Assembly: GCA_028534125.1 (NCBI GenBank)
Contig: CM052818.1
Span: forward strand, 5,582,001-5,646,000
Direction of reading: 5' to 3'
Origin: Lama glama
Taxonomy: Eukaryota
Length of the DNA: 64,000 nt
This document shows positions 50,166-63,300 of this stretch, piece by piece (position 1 is the stretch's first letter; every line of letters begins with the position of its first letter). The notes under the pieces were generated by a model. The model was not told the DNA's origin and did no database searches. It saw only the letters and a program-made list of their open reading frames with translations. The translations under genes and the position numbers were made by a program.

Positions 50166-53100
50166 GCACACGTGGAATTTTCTTCAGTCTTAAGAAGGAT
50201 TCCATGAAGTAGGCTAGAAATATACAAAGATTTAAGGCAAGACCCAGAATAGAATAACACATAACTTCAGTGCAAACTAGTGAAAATGTGGGGGTTTTTT
50301 TTTTCATACTGTGGATTTTTTCGTGAAAGGGGAAGACACTCTAGTCATTGGGCTTCCCTCTTCTCTTTGGGCACCAAGTTGTTGTTTTTCAGTCTATTGG
50401 ATTACACTCTGGTCATTGGTGGAAATTTATCTCATTGAAGCAACTTAATCAATAAATATTAATTACTCTAGCTACTGCCTGGAAACAATAGGCCCTGTCA
50501 GGTGGCTGGGCAGGAAAAATCAAAGGAAAGCAGTTCAGAATTCTGGGAGACCCTTACAACTTTGAGGACAGTGGAATATTCCCTTACGAGTCAGGACTCC
50601 CCTGGAAAAAACCTGGAATTCTTTGAGAGAGAAATTTCGCTATTGTATTATACATAATTTAAAGCCATTCCTTACCACATTTTGCAATGTAAAGTGATCT
50701 ACAAAGCAGAAATATAGTCATACTGTTCAGAGATTAGGGAAAAGATCCATTGAAGATAAATTACACAATGTTCTAGCCATAGAGTCGGAATTACTAATCA
50801 GAGTTCCTGGAAGTTTGGTTACTGATTTAGCGCCGCCCCCACATCCCATCCCACCACGACTTTCCACTAGAAGATCCTTGTCAACTTGGGCATAGGTGTG
50901 GTACAACAGTATTTATCTGGACCGTTTTATTATGGACATCTTGAATTCAATGTACCATGAAATCCTTAACCATTAAACTTCAACATAAAGTCATGGCAGC
51001 GTCCCTAACACAGCAATATTTTTACTGCAAGGAAACCAGAAAACAGGCTTCTCATCAGCTCCTTAAGACTGCGGAGGGATGAGCAAAAAGAATTCATTCC
51101 TCCTTAATCGTAACAGCATATGATATTTCCTATCATAAAATTTGCCAAGAGTTGACTTCCTACTCTGGTGTGAATCAGGGCGGTGGCTGTTTTGGCAAGA
51201 ATGGCCCATGTGTTGTGTGAAACACTGCAGGTGCCGGTTGCAGCAAAGTCACCATTGTCTTTCGGTAATGAAGTCAGGTGCAACAGCTAAGTGTCTTAAA
51301 GTGATTCCAAGTGTGCCTGGCGTCCAAAAAGTCAATCATCCCACGGTTTGCATTACTACTAACGCAGGTGCTTTTGTTTTCGTTTTCAATTAGGCAATGC
51401 TAGCCTATTAGAATAAAGAAAAAATATTACAGCAAACAATGAATCAGGCATTGTGACACAATGACAGATCTAAATTGCCACAGTTGACACAGATTTCACA
51501 AAACAACACTGACCCTTGTTATATGCAAATCAGACAGAATGTTTTGCATATAATTTCCAGCAAACTCCAGACTTTTGCTTTAGAGGCATTTGACTTGACT
51601 TATTAGTCGTTATGGCATATATTTTTTGCTAGGCTGAGATTCCACACCTTCCAATGATTGTTACAGCCAAGTCCCACTTTTTGTAGTGAAGGTAGTGGAT
51701 TTTGAACCAGACTACAAATTAATTTTTTGGAAACAACTTCCAGAAAATGTATTTTACTTCAGGTAAGATTTTACAGCCATCTACTTGGATTTTCACTGAT
51801 TTCTTGTTATTCTTCAAAGATGTTTTCTTTTAAAATAAAAATTCTATTCATTTTGAAATTCTTCATGTGCCAATGAAACAGACTTTTTCTAAAAACAAAA
51901 AGCCAATCTGATGCCATCTTGATGGGAAAAAATACATTAAAATAGTAAACTGTTACATATATAAATACTATGTCTATTAAACTAAGGTGCCATACATTTT
52001 GTTTAAATTTTTTAAATAATTCATCACTTCCTTTTAAAGTTTTACTTTTTCCTTTAAGGAATATTGTTTCATTTAGGGCAACACTAATTTTTTAAGTGAC
52101 AAATATGAGTTGAAATATAGAAAAAAAGTTTGAATTTAACATATTTGAAAAGATTTTTAAAGTTTTCTTTTTAAACTTTCTGTATGGAATTATAAAAGGA
52201 CACTAGATATAGATTTTCCAACCCGACACATTTAGACGAATTAAGCTGAATGATTTTAAAATTAACTTTTTAAAACTTAACTTGGTAGTTACAGATGTTT
52301 TGATCTTTGCAAGTCATTACATGCTCATTTCCCTTTCAGCATTAATTATGCATAATGACCTCCACCTATCACGTACTCTGGAAGAAAACAATATGTATTT
52401 ACATTTTCCAATGCATTTAAAAATACAAGTAGGTTTCATTATGAACAGTAAGGGCAGATTTTGAATTATTCAAATCTCAGTATTTTTGAAGACGTGTCTG
52501 GCTATTCTAACTAGAAAATTCTGTTGTAAATGAAACTGTTGCATAAATTCCTCCCAATAATAGCTTAATTACTTATGAACTCTGGAAACAATTAGTTTAT
52601 CACCCTTTCAAAGTGAGTAAGGCAACTTGCCAGGCTGAGAGCAAAACGCGTGTCACTTTCTTATGTAATGAGCTTGGTTCCTTTTTGTTGTTTTAGGTTA
52701 TTTGGAAAAGGAAACTCGGTAGCATACACATCAATGTTCACAAGATTCAGAGTTGAAGCATTCACTTCATAAATGGCCTCCGCAATAACACTTAATAAAG
52801 TACCCGAAAGAAATACTGAAGGCTGTGAAGATTATAATTTATGTGCTTATGGAAATCATTGAAACAGATATTCTGGTTCAAAGATAAAGTTGTGCTTGAA
52901 TGACACCGATATTGTAGAAGATTGACGAGGACTGTCCTCCTTCTCAGCCTCATGGTATCATCCCTCACACAAACCGTAGGCCCGCTCTCCTACAGCTGTT
53001 CTCTGCTTTCGCTCCCCACCTGCCCCCACCCCATCGCTTCCCGCCGCCCAAGGTCTCTCTCCCCGCTCCCCCCACTTTTCTCCCTCGCCTCACTGGACCG

Positions 53101-54499
53101 CCCCTCGCTCCCTCCGCGACTCTCTTTTTCATCGTAGTTCATTGTCAGGTGTTTTTATCCGGCCCCAACATATCAAAGGAAGTTCTGAATAAAAGTGGCT
53201 ATTGGGAGATTGAAACACTCTATATCTGAAATTAACCACCCCCCACCTGCCAGCCCCCAAAAACATGAGGAAGAAAGAAAAAAGAGCATCAGAAGAGGAT
53301 GCTGACTTCATTCTGGCAGGCTCGGATCCGCCTGAGCTGACGCTGAGCGAAGGTGGGAGGTGAGAAGCTGTCCCTCTTGGAGGCCGCGTTGTTCAAGGCC
53401 AGCCTGGTGCCTCTAACTGCAGCCACTGCGTCAGACGGAGCCAACACCTGAGGCCGCCCGCTCCCTTCTGACCTTGGCGGTCAACGGGCAAGGTCACCTG
53501 TAATTCCATCACCTGACTCTAGGATTGTTTACCCAGCTCAGGAGAGAGAAACTGAGGGCCAAGAAAGGAGGACAGATCTCAAGAGCCAGCAGGCTCCCCT
53601 GGGGACCTATCCAGCAGGTGAGGGCCCCTAGCAGATCCAGGACTGCAAACTTTGTGCGCCATTTTGCACATTTCAAGATGATATTAACATACTTCCGATA
53701 CTGCCCCCACCCCACACACTGGAAGTCATAATTACCACTCACCTTTCCCTTTGTCGGCGGGAATCGCTTTAAGCAGTCCCAGCGAGTCAACCTACTTTGG
53801 GGATGCGCTTTGCATTTTTCATTGCCCCTCAACCCTCCCCAGACCTATATGTCAAGGAATAGGGAGTTGAGACATGACACATTAATGTTTTTATCAGGGG
53901 ACGCTCTCGGCTCCCACAGAAAGGGAGGGAGACTGGGAGGAGGGGGCGGCCAAGAAAGAGAGGGAAGGCATCACTCCGCAGCTCCTGCGGAAATTCATAT
54001 TCCGCGTATGTTCCTCGCACCTGAAATAAATCCTGCAGGCCTACCCACACAAACGCCGAGGCACTTATTTATTTGCATGTCATGCTTATAATATGGGAGA
54101 AAGCAAGACGGATCTTCGAGGAGGGGAGGTGAGGCTCACCTTTCAGACTCGCTCCCTTAAATAAAAAAGAATTGTCCGGCTGGGCGCCTAAGAATTTATC
54201 TTGAGTTTGTGGTCATTATCTCTATTATATAGCCCTGGCAATAAATAAATCGGGTAGTTACTACCCAACAATAAAACTGTAGTGGATGGGACACCTTACT
54301 ATTACTTTCTTAATAATCTGCCGTTTCTTTCACTTTAAATCTTCCCCGCCTTGTCTTCCCACTTGTCTACAAGGATCTATCTTCACCCCTTGAGGTACCA
54401 GATTGCTCGGTTCATTTTTATATTTTGTGAACACGATAAGTTTTCCTGTCTAGACTTTCTGGTTTTCCTCCTATTTCTAGTCTGCCTAATCTGCTTCAA

Positions 54500-55760
54500 G
54501 ACAAAGGGTCGGCCCGGATCAAATGTCTTTCCCCCCTCCCTCTCTAGTTTCACCGCCAGTGCGGCTACTTTAAGGAAGATCGGCCCCCTGGAGGCAGCCA
54601 CCCTTGGGGTCTCTAGGAGAAAGGGAGCAATGCAGGCCGGGGAGGGGGAGGGGGATGCGCCCCAGGGAAGATGGTCTGAGCTCCCGCAGTGGGCACGCCC
54701 TTGGGTGCGCACCGAGTCCAAAGGCCGAGCAGGAGAGAACTCTTGTCTGGAATAGTCCTCCCACCCACGGCCCCCACCCGGATTCTTGCTGGTGTGCGCG
54801 CCCACGCAGGGATTTCGGGGGTGGGCGTCCTCCGACTGTCCCCGGCTAGCCCCTCCGCCTGGGCACAGCGCGCCACATGCGGACGCGAGCACGAGCAGCC
54901 TGGACCCGCTGGAGAAGTCGGTCCCCGCTCCTCTACCGGCTCCTCTGAGTCCACGGGCATTAAAACCCCACCAAGGGGGCTCGGCCCGGCGGCGCGGGCG
55001 CGGGGTAGGGGCGCCCCTCTCGGATGCCCAGACGCGCGGCTGGCGGGAGAGGAGCGCACACACCCACCCAACCTCGTCTCACACCTGGGGCTTGCCTCCT
55101 CCGCGACAGCGAGGTGCGCGGCTCCCACCCCGACCCCGACCCCCAGCCAGGCCCGAGGAGCAATCCGTTCCGTGCCAGAGCCTTCCAGAGCCCCAGGGGC
55201 CCTCAACCCTGCTGGGAGGATGCGCCCAGCCCACGTCCGGCCGGCCGGCGCCTTCCAAAACCACCGCCACCCTTGCTTTCACGCCAGCGCGAAAAGTGAC
55301 GCGTCCGAGCAAAGCGGTCAGCAAATGACCGTCTTATCCGCGGAGCCGGGGAAATCCGGGGAGGGAGTGTGGGAGGGCTGGGGGAGAAAGGGGCAAAGGG
55401 GCAGTAGTAAGCCGGGGAAAGAAAACAAACAGTCCCGCGTCGCTTCCCCTTTTGTCTTTATGCTGCTTGTCTCCAGAAATCAACTTAAGCGCCGCAAGCC
55501 CCCACCAGGCTTGTTTTTGTTTGTTTGTGTGACTTAGATCACAGATAGAACTCACGACCTAATCTCTGAGTGTGTGTGAGAGAGAAAGAAGCCACGGCCG
55601 GGCTACTGATGGTTGAAGGGACGATGAACTTCTCACCTTTCTTAAACTCGCGAACAACACGTCCTTTAAAAAAATCCACGCCGCCGTGGGTGTGTGTTTC
55701 GCTGTTAATTGCGTTTTCCTGGGATGATCTTTTACGACTGGAAAACAAGCGGCTGGGAAA
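54500..55760. promoter_or_regulatory. CpG island
   Basis: GC-rich with abundant CpG (e.g. 'cggcccggcggcgcgggcgcgggg'), in sharp contrast to the CpG-depleted flanks. Confidence 0.85.
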
Positions 55761-58329
55761 ATATTCACGTTTGGGACAGAAAACATTTTTTATTTATATC
55801 TTTGACATTTAAAAGAGCAGAATTAATTTGTCCTGTCTACATTAGCATTGAGAGAAAGTTTCAGAAATCTACCCAGGGGGAAGAGGAGGGGGAGGAGAAA
55901 AAAGAAAGCGAATAAAAGAAAGGAAAAAGAAAAGCTAGCCTTGGTTTTTCTTATTTCAGATCTGTAATCAATCATTGAAATAGGAGGCAGCAAAATTGTA
56001 AAGATTCGATAGATTAAAATGCAAATGAAAGGTAGAAAAAGAAACATTAACATGGCGATCAAAGATTTAATAACCGTAAATCAAGTGGTTTTTTTCTGTT
56101 GCAGCTGCAGTTTGTGTGTTTATGTTTTAATCATGTTCGTTCCATAAATAAATAATATCTGAAACGAGACTAATTTTTCATTATTTTAACCGTGGGCTAT
56201 AACACTAAATATTAAAAACAGAAAACATACAGGATGCCAGATTCCCAGCCAAAGAAGAGAAAGACTTGTGTTGATTGGTTAAAATCAAGGGGTTTCATTT
56301 GTGTGTTTTGAAAATCAGAGTATCATGCTAAAAAATTCTATCTCAACTGACAAAGCCCAAAGTTTTATTTCCCCTTTAATATTTTATGTTAACAACAAGA
56401 CACCATTTATGTTAAATATATGCGTGGCTGCGTATCCATTTCAGTTTGAGTATTTTCAAAGAACGAAAGTGCCAGAATATTTAAATAATACAAAAATATA
56501 TATTATTTCATAGTGATTTGACAGGATTCCTGGAAAATAATACTTTTTAAGGAGAATTTGCCTTCTAGAGAAAAATTAAGTGATAGTCCGACAGTTAAAA
56601 CTTTTTTTTAGCTTTATTATTAAAGTTCTTTTTCTGAAGGGGAGTATTTTTGTCCTTTTTTTTTTTTTTTTTTTTTTTGCTACCATTCGATTTAAGGCTT
56701 TATGTCAAGGTGTCAAATTATGGGGACACACCATTTTATTTAACTAGTACTCATTTTCTCATATGGTGAAGGCTTTTCATTTACCTCTTTTTTATTTAAA
56801 ATAATGATTTATACTGTTCAGAAATTATTTCTGGAACTTTAAAAATAAACACCTGGTCTTTGTCTTTTCTTTTCTTTTTTTTCTTTTCTTTTTTCTTCCT
56901 GTTTTTGGTAGCCTTATTATCATGGGGGAATTCATCTTCAGAAAACTGGAAACTTTTCTTTTTGATAATACAGACTTGCAATGTTTAAAATAAGCTCTCT
57001 GCTTCATTTTGTCTTTGAAGGAGTTATTCACCCTAATTTATTGAGATGATGAATTAGAATTGTCTCCATTTCTCCTTTCCACAAATTAAAATGATAATCA
57101 AACCTGGGATACTTGTTTCCTTTATAAAACCTTTGAGTTAAATGTGAGCTAAGTTGATGTCCACTCCCTCTGTCCCAGCTACACAAGCACAGTTTTCACT
57201 GTGACAGTCCAATAATGCATTTAGTTTAAAATTACACTTGGACTTTCCTCCTTTGTATTTTTTCATTTACTTCAGTGCAACAAGATGACTTGATTTTCTT
57301 GGGATTACATGGACTCCATTCAGTGTTACTGGATTACATTTCTGCTCAACTAAATACTTGCCTTAATAGACAAATGAACTTCTTTTTATTTGCTGGAGTT
57401 TGTAGACGGTTTTAGATACAGAGCGTGCAACTGATTTAGTTATTGTTGTTGTGAGAATCGAACAGGCACAAAAGTCGTTTATCTAAACCGAAGAGATATG
57501 ACTCTGTAAAAGGGAGAAGCAAGGGCAGAATCATGGGGAATTATTTCAGTTTATGACTCTTATTAATTACACCGGATGTGGTTTTATTCTGATCTTTTAG
57601 TATCGACCTGCTTAAATACTCTCAGGTACCTTTCCCCCTCACCCCAATGTTTTCATTCACTAGATAACTTGGGCCCCTTGTTGATGCGGGTTGCTTTCTC
57701 TACATTATGTCACTAAGCGGTGGCGGTGTAAAATCGCGTGCATCTTTAGACGATTGCACCCACCCCCGGAAAAAAGGGCCGGGGTGAAGGGGGAGAAATG
57801 CTTTACTCATTCAGTGTTAGCATCTTGTTTCGTTGAAATGCAAGACAGGTACTTGATTTAGCATTTAAGCAAAAGGTTACACAAACCGCGTTTTAAAAAG
57901 TGTTGGGATGTCCGACAGGGTCAGCCCCAGATCAGATCATTTTTTGAATGCAGACCTAAAGATAATGAGTACTTGTTGTATTAAAGGGGACAAACAGTAC
58001 TTTGGCTTCCTCTGACCCCAGAATGCACGGCTCGGTTTCATTGATCATCCTCCTTTATGAGATAATGCAATTACAAACATCAATAAGGGCTGCAAGGGGA
58101 ATCATTATGCGGTGACAGTGATAAATGACGGTGCAGAAATAGCATGCTTTTCCCCCCTAACAATCCAGGAGCCCAGGGGCTCCGGGGGCTGAACACAGTC
58201 GCCAAGGAAACAGATGACATCCCAAACGGCACCAAAGGAAAAAAAAAATGAACAGTCTTTCTTTTCCTTTCACTCTTTTCCGTCTTCCAAAGAGTTAGTT
58301 TTGGCTCAAGTAGCAGCTGCCACACAGGC

Positions 58330-61060
58330 ATTTCGTTATTTCAGACATTAAAGACTGGAGCGGGCGGTGGAGTCTCCGTCTCTTCCACCCCCACCCCCAC
58401 GAGATAACGCACAAAGCTCGCTGTTCACAGTTTAGGACTACCTGAAAATGCCCGTCTTGAAAATCAGATTGGGGTTGGGGGGGGGTGCAAGAACGTGGGC
58501 TTACACAGCCATGGCGTTGTGTTTCCCCCGTTTTCACGATGGTCCCTTGGAAACTGAGTCTCCAGAAAAAGCTGGCGCCTCGTGGGTCGGCCAGTAAGGA
58601 CGGGGGCGCGTGGCTCGCCTCCATCTCCCTTCGATGCCAGACGCTGTTCGATGCCAAGGCGGGGGAGGGTATTGGGGGGGAGTGGGAATGGGGAGTAGGA
58701 GGCTGCGAGGGGTGTTTGCCGCTTCACTGCCTTTCTTTGAGAAAGAATCGTCAATGGGCGCAGGGATCTCCCCTAGATCGAGGAATCAGGTTGTTTAAAA
58801 CCCCAGGGTGCCCTCAGCAAGTGGCTTCAGGAGGGCTTTGCTGAGCGATCCCTATTCACCCACGTCCAGGCTGGCGGGTGAAGTAAGCAGGCGCGAAAAG
58901 GCTACGGGTTACCGGGACTGTGTGCTGGACCTGCAGCTGCGGGGAGAAGGGGGGGGGGGGTGCCTGGGGACACTTGGAAGGGAAGGGGAACTGGCCACTT
59001 TGGGGGACAGGAGGAAGAGAGCGCGGAGATGCGAGGGGGGCCCCAAGAAGAAAATACAAGGGAGGGAAGGAAGAAAGCGAGCGCCATCCCACCCTTCGAG
59101 AAGGTCGCCAACCCGAAGAAAGCAGACGTAGGGTTCTTGACCCCTGCGGGAAACGCCCCGGCGTGGAGTGCAGGACCCCTGCGGAGCTCGTCCTGCCACT
59201 CAAGGCCCCCGACCTGAGGAGCCAGCCTGGCGGGTGCGGGAGCAGGTGACTTTATTCACCGCTTCCCCAATTCGCGAGGTCCCGGGACTCGTTTTCCGCC
59301 TGGAGATTAAGATCATCGCCCGCGTAATGAACTTAATGCTTTAGGGTAGAGGTGAGTGTGTCTGCGAGTGGGCAGGGGTAGGAATTACCGACCCGATCGA
59401 TGGGAGACTGGCTTAAAACTAAATCCCTTTTCTCCAGGGCTTCAGCGCCTGGATTTCCCCGCGGTGGGCTGAGCGCGCCGGGCCGGCAGGAGGCAGCGCG
59501 CGGAGGGGGCGACCTCGGGGCGCGGCCCGCCAGAATTAAGATTCTATAAGGTCCCTCATCTCCCCATCGAGACCCTCGGGATACCGGCTTTGAGGGCAAA
59601 GACTCTTAAATGATCAAATGTTGGCGAACTGATTGCTCAATACGTTGTTTGTTTTTCCATCCAGCTCCGCCTCGGGAGAGGATGTTACAGACGCATTGGC
59701 AGGCAGATTGGGCCAAGATGAGACATACCTTCCCCCACCCCGTCATCAGCGCCTCTAAGTGCGAGTTCCCATTCTCTCTCCCTCACCGCTCTGTCCTGAG
59801 CCATGGGATTCCCAACCTCGTGTCGACTCTGCACCTGGCCACCCCGAGTGTTACGGGCTGCCCGACAGTCAAGTGGCTGCGGGTTGGCACGAGGGAGTGA
59901 GACGAGGTGAAATGCCCGACCAGGCAGGGCGCCCCACGACCCTCTTTGACGTCACTCCACCCGGCGTCCAAGCGCGTACCCAAGAGCTCTGCATCGTCTT
60001 GTTTTTACTGCCTTCACGTGGGCCGAGGGCCTGCTGGGATCCGAAAGGCAGAGGAAAGTTTGCAAAGGCTTTAAAGTGATCCCGAGGACCTCCTGCCTAA
60101 GGCTTCGGGGTGCTGCCCATGGCTCCCTCGCTGCGCCTGGTGGCCGCTGCCCACCTCCCAAGTGCCCCCGGGCCCCAAGCTCTCGCAGTCCCGCTCCTGG
60201 AGTCGCGTTGGGACTCGGAAGCTGAATCCATCAAGAAGCCTTTAGTCCACCACAAAGCACCCCTAGCGGAGCGGTTCCGAGGGGTGGGGGCCCGGAGTCT
60301 TCCAGGAGGTGCTCTCCACGACCTTCTGCGCAGACCTGGGGATGCCTCGTCTCCGGGGACGAAGTCGGCAGCCCCCTTAGACCTGACTTTCACGTTGAGG
60401 TGGGGAGGAGGTAGGAGGCTAGTTAAGGTGCTGCAGCCGCTCCCCACCCCCAAGGTGCTCTGGACTCAGAGCAGAGACCTGTCCACCCTGCACCCGCCCG
60501 GCCTAGGGCCCGAGGTTAGGACGCAGGGACAGCCGCATCCTGGCTCGGATCCTCGCAGCTGCCGCGCTGACCGCGTAATCTTCCGTCGGCGCAAGGAGAT
60601 CAGCCCAGACCCAGGCCACTGGCATTGCTCCTCCCGCCCCCGCCGCAGACTCGGGAGGCGCTGCACACAGAGATGAACCCGGAGCGCAAAGTCTGCGCGC
60701 CGCGTGGGAGACGCGGGCGGGAGGGGGCAAGCGGTTACAGTATTTCTGCTTTTCAGAACCTTTAGACTTCACTACAAAGTTTCCCGGTAGGCGCCTCGGC
60801 CCCGGGGTCGGTGCCTCCCACCGCCGCTCCTTCCTCTCCCTCCTCCCGGCCCCAGCGAGCCGAGCGAGCCGGAGCCTTCTCCCGGGCCAAGCCGCCGCTC
60901 ATTCTCCACCCCCCGGGCGGGTCCACGGCGCCCAGAGCGCGGCCCTCCCCGCCTTATCCCCGGGCTCCGCGGGGGTGCCTCTTCCCGGGGCGAAGCTCGC
61001 TGGCCGGGCGCACAAGAAGCAGACACCCGCTGCCTCCCGAGGAACTCCTAATACCATCCA
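58330..61060. promoter_or_regulatory. Extended CpG island / CpG-rich domain
   Basis: Continuous GC- and CpG-rich sequence, densest at ~59.1-59.6 kb and ~60.5-61.05 kb. Confidence 0.85.
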
Positions 61061-61317
61061 TACAGCTTTAATGCGTTTATAATTCGATAAGTGATTTCAA
61101 TTTGAAATTGTTAGTAACTAATTTTATGGGTAATTTTTCCACATCAAATATTTAAGCATCAGATTAAGGGAGCCAGTTCCGACACAGGATAATAAGGGGG
61201 TTCCCCCCCACCCCCCCGTGCCCCCGCCTCCTTCAGATTCCTACCGAGTCGTTTTTCCAAATCCCCAAAAGATGGCAGTCGAAGCCGACGTTCTTCTTTT
61301 CCTGCGGCTCTGCGAAG

Positions 61318-61422
61318 GGAGGGGGAGAAAGAGCGGAGAGGGAGGAAAGGAGAGAGGTGGGGGGAGGGAGAGGGAGAAGGAAAGAGAGACAGAGGGACAG
61401 AGAGAGAAAGGAGAGGGAGAAA
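61318..61422. repeat. GA-rich polypurine tract
   Basis: 'gggagggggagaaagagcggagagggaggaaaggagagagg...' is almost purely purine on +. Confidence 0.85.
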
Positions 61423-61855
61423 CTAGACGTTGCACGGACTTTTCAAAGTGGCTCTTTCACACGTTTTCTAATACAGGCAAGAAGCAGTGGTGAATTTCCT
61501 GGAAATGTCCTGGCTGAAAAGAAAGCCAAAAACGTGCCTTGTGGGCTCAGAGTAAAGGATGTGAGAAACTCAGCACTTTCAAACTAAATCCTCAATTCAG
61601 AGCAGAAGCGGGAGAAGGGAGACTGGGAGAGAGACAGGCTGGCTTTTTGGTATTTCTTTGTATTTAACAATGTATACAAATACTATTAAACTAAGCAACT
61701 TGTTTCCTCCACAGGACTCTGCAAATTACCTAATTGGGGGAGGGGGAAGTGGGGTGAGGAAAGGTGATGGGTGGGGGGCGGACTGCTGTGGGCGGAGGGG
61801 AGGCTGGGGCCAGAATCGGATGAATTGCAGACCAGTTGCCAAAACTTTTTTTTTT

Positions 61856-61857
<2 letters not shown>

Positions 61858-61890
<33 letters not shown>
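61858..61890. repeat. (CTG)11 trinucleotide repeat with degenerate extension to ~61913
   Basis: Read directly; preceded by a T run. Confidence 0.95.
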
Positions 61891-61892
<2 letters not shown>

Positions 61893-62489
61893 TTTGCTGC
61901 TGCCTTTGCTTTGAATGTGGGTAACTAGGAAACAGCAAGCCGTCTGAGAAGACGGAATTTCCAACGTGTAAAATGTTCTTAACGGAACCATTGAGCGAGT
62001 GCAATAAGGCGTGAGGGGGAACTAATCTTCCCATTTAAATGTTTGTGGCAATTTTATCTAAATGAATTTTAATGCTAAACGAGGGTAATTCCCCATTTGT
62101 AGCGCGTTTACTTCTCTTTCCTGTGCTTCTAAAGCAGTCGAACATCATGCAATGAACAATAACAATAAAAATACTGTCAAGGCATATTATTCATTTCGAA
62201 TGTGTTATAATTACAGCTGATTAAATATGATAGGGGATTTTTTTTAATTTTCGGAAAAATATTTAAATCATGCCAAAAAGTCGTCTCATTCAACCAGCAG
62301 GCCCCCCTCCCCCAAATAAAAATAAAAAGCAGGTACAATTGTGTGCTCTTGTTTAGAAGAGGGCGTTTTGTTTTTGCCTTTTAAGAAACATCAAAAACAC
62401 TCTCAGCACCTCTATTATTTCCCTCTTTCGGTTAAGTGTCCTCAATAACCTCTGAGCTGGCTCTGAAATTTACAAGAGGAAAAGCTAAA

Positions 62490-63300
62490 ACAGCATTGAG
62501 GGGGAGGTGGGGGTGTCCAGCGGGGGGAGGAAGGACCTGCCGACAGCAAGGCTCTCACAAAACCGGCACACGGAGCGGGGAACGCAGGCAGAGAACATCG
62601 TTTTATTTTTTCTCATTCACTGAACACTAATGATCGTGATTCTTCATAGCTTCCATATTCCCTAATACTTCTTCACTTGTACCCTGTTCCTTCCCCTAGT
62701 GCCTACCCTACCCCACCCCCCGCGCCCGCCCGCCCTCCCTCCTCCCCTTTCTTTCCCTCCCCCACCGGGCAAGAGCTTCCTCGGGAATAAAGGCTGAAAA
62801 TAACCAACTCACCCAGGCATGTACAAAGGAGGAGGGGCAAATGGATGGTTAGTTTCTGAAGTTTATTATTAATTTTTAAAGTAAATAAACGGTTGTTAAC
62901 GGCTAGTAACCACCTATCAAAGGAGAATTCTTTCACGAATATGGACTCTTTATGTAGACGAAGAATTGCCACTGGGTCCAAATGGGAAATTTAAACAATC
63001 CCATATATGGGGTGGGGGCGGGGTAGGGCGGAGGGCGCTGCGCGCGCACGGGGCTGCTGAGGTGGTGCCTCGCTCTCCTTCTCCGGGTCCACGTGTTTAG
63101 AAACCAGGCCCCATAAACAAAAGGTGAGAGAGTGCACTGCTGCTCCAGCAGGTGAGTCAGTCAATCACACGTCACCTAGTATACCCAACCCACAGCTGGT
63201 TTCTCTTTTCAAATAGAAAATAGAATCGTTCAGGGCGGGTTTATAGGGTGACACGGGCCTGAATGTCAGGCTTGAGTTTAAGGCACTCGCCTGCGACCCC
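62490..63300. promoter_or_regulatory. CpG-enriched regulatory segment with CArG box, GC boxes, E-box and AP-1 motif
   Basis: CCATATATGG (63001-63010), GGGGCGGGG, GCGCGCGC, CACGTG (63090-63095), TGAGTCA (63153-63159). Confidence 0.55.

Noticed and set aside
54965..54985. CTCF-like 'ccaccaagggggctc'
   Set aside because: Spacing does not fit the CTCF core consensus; a weak match in GC-rich sequence.
54689..55537. 282-aa ORF and overlapping 180-226-aa ORFs in the first CpG island
   Set aside because: Long ORFs in several frames on both strands, low-complexity Pro/Arg/Gly/Ala content and no recognisable domain; expected from stop-codon scarcity in GC-rich DNA.
58295..61071. Many 60-188-aa ORFs in the second CpG domain
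   Set aside because: Same GC-content artefact; no homeobox, bHLH, zinc-finger or other motif recognisable.
61726..62034. Minus-strand polyglutamine ORF
   Set aside because: The polyQ is just the CTG repeat read in one frame; flanks are poly-K from a T run and Pro-rich filler, with no splice or domain support.
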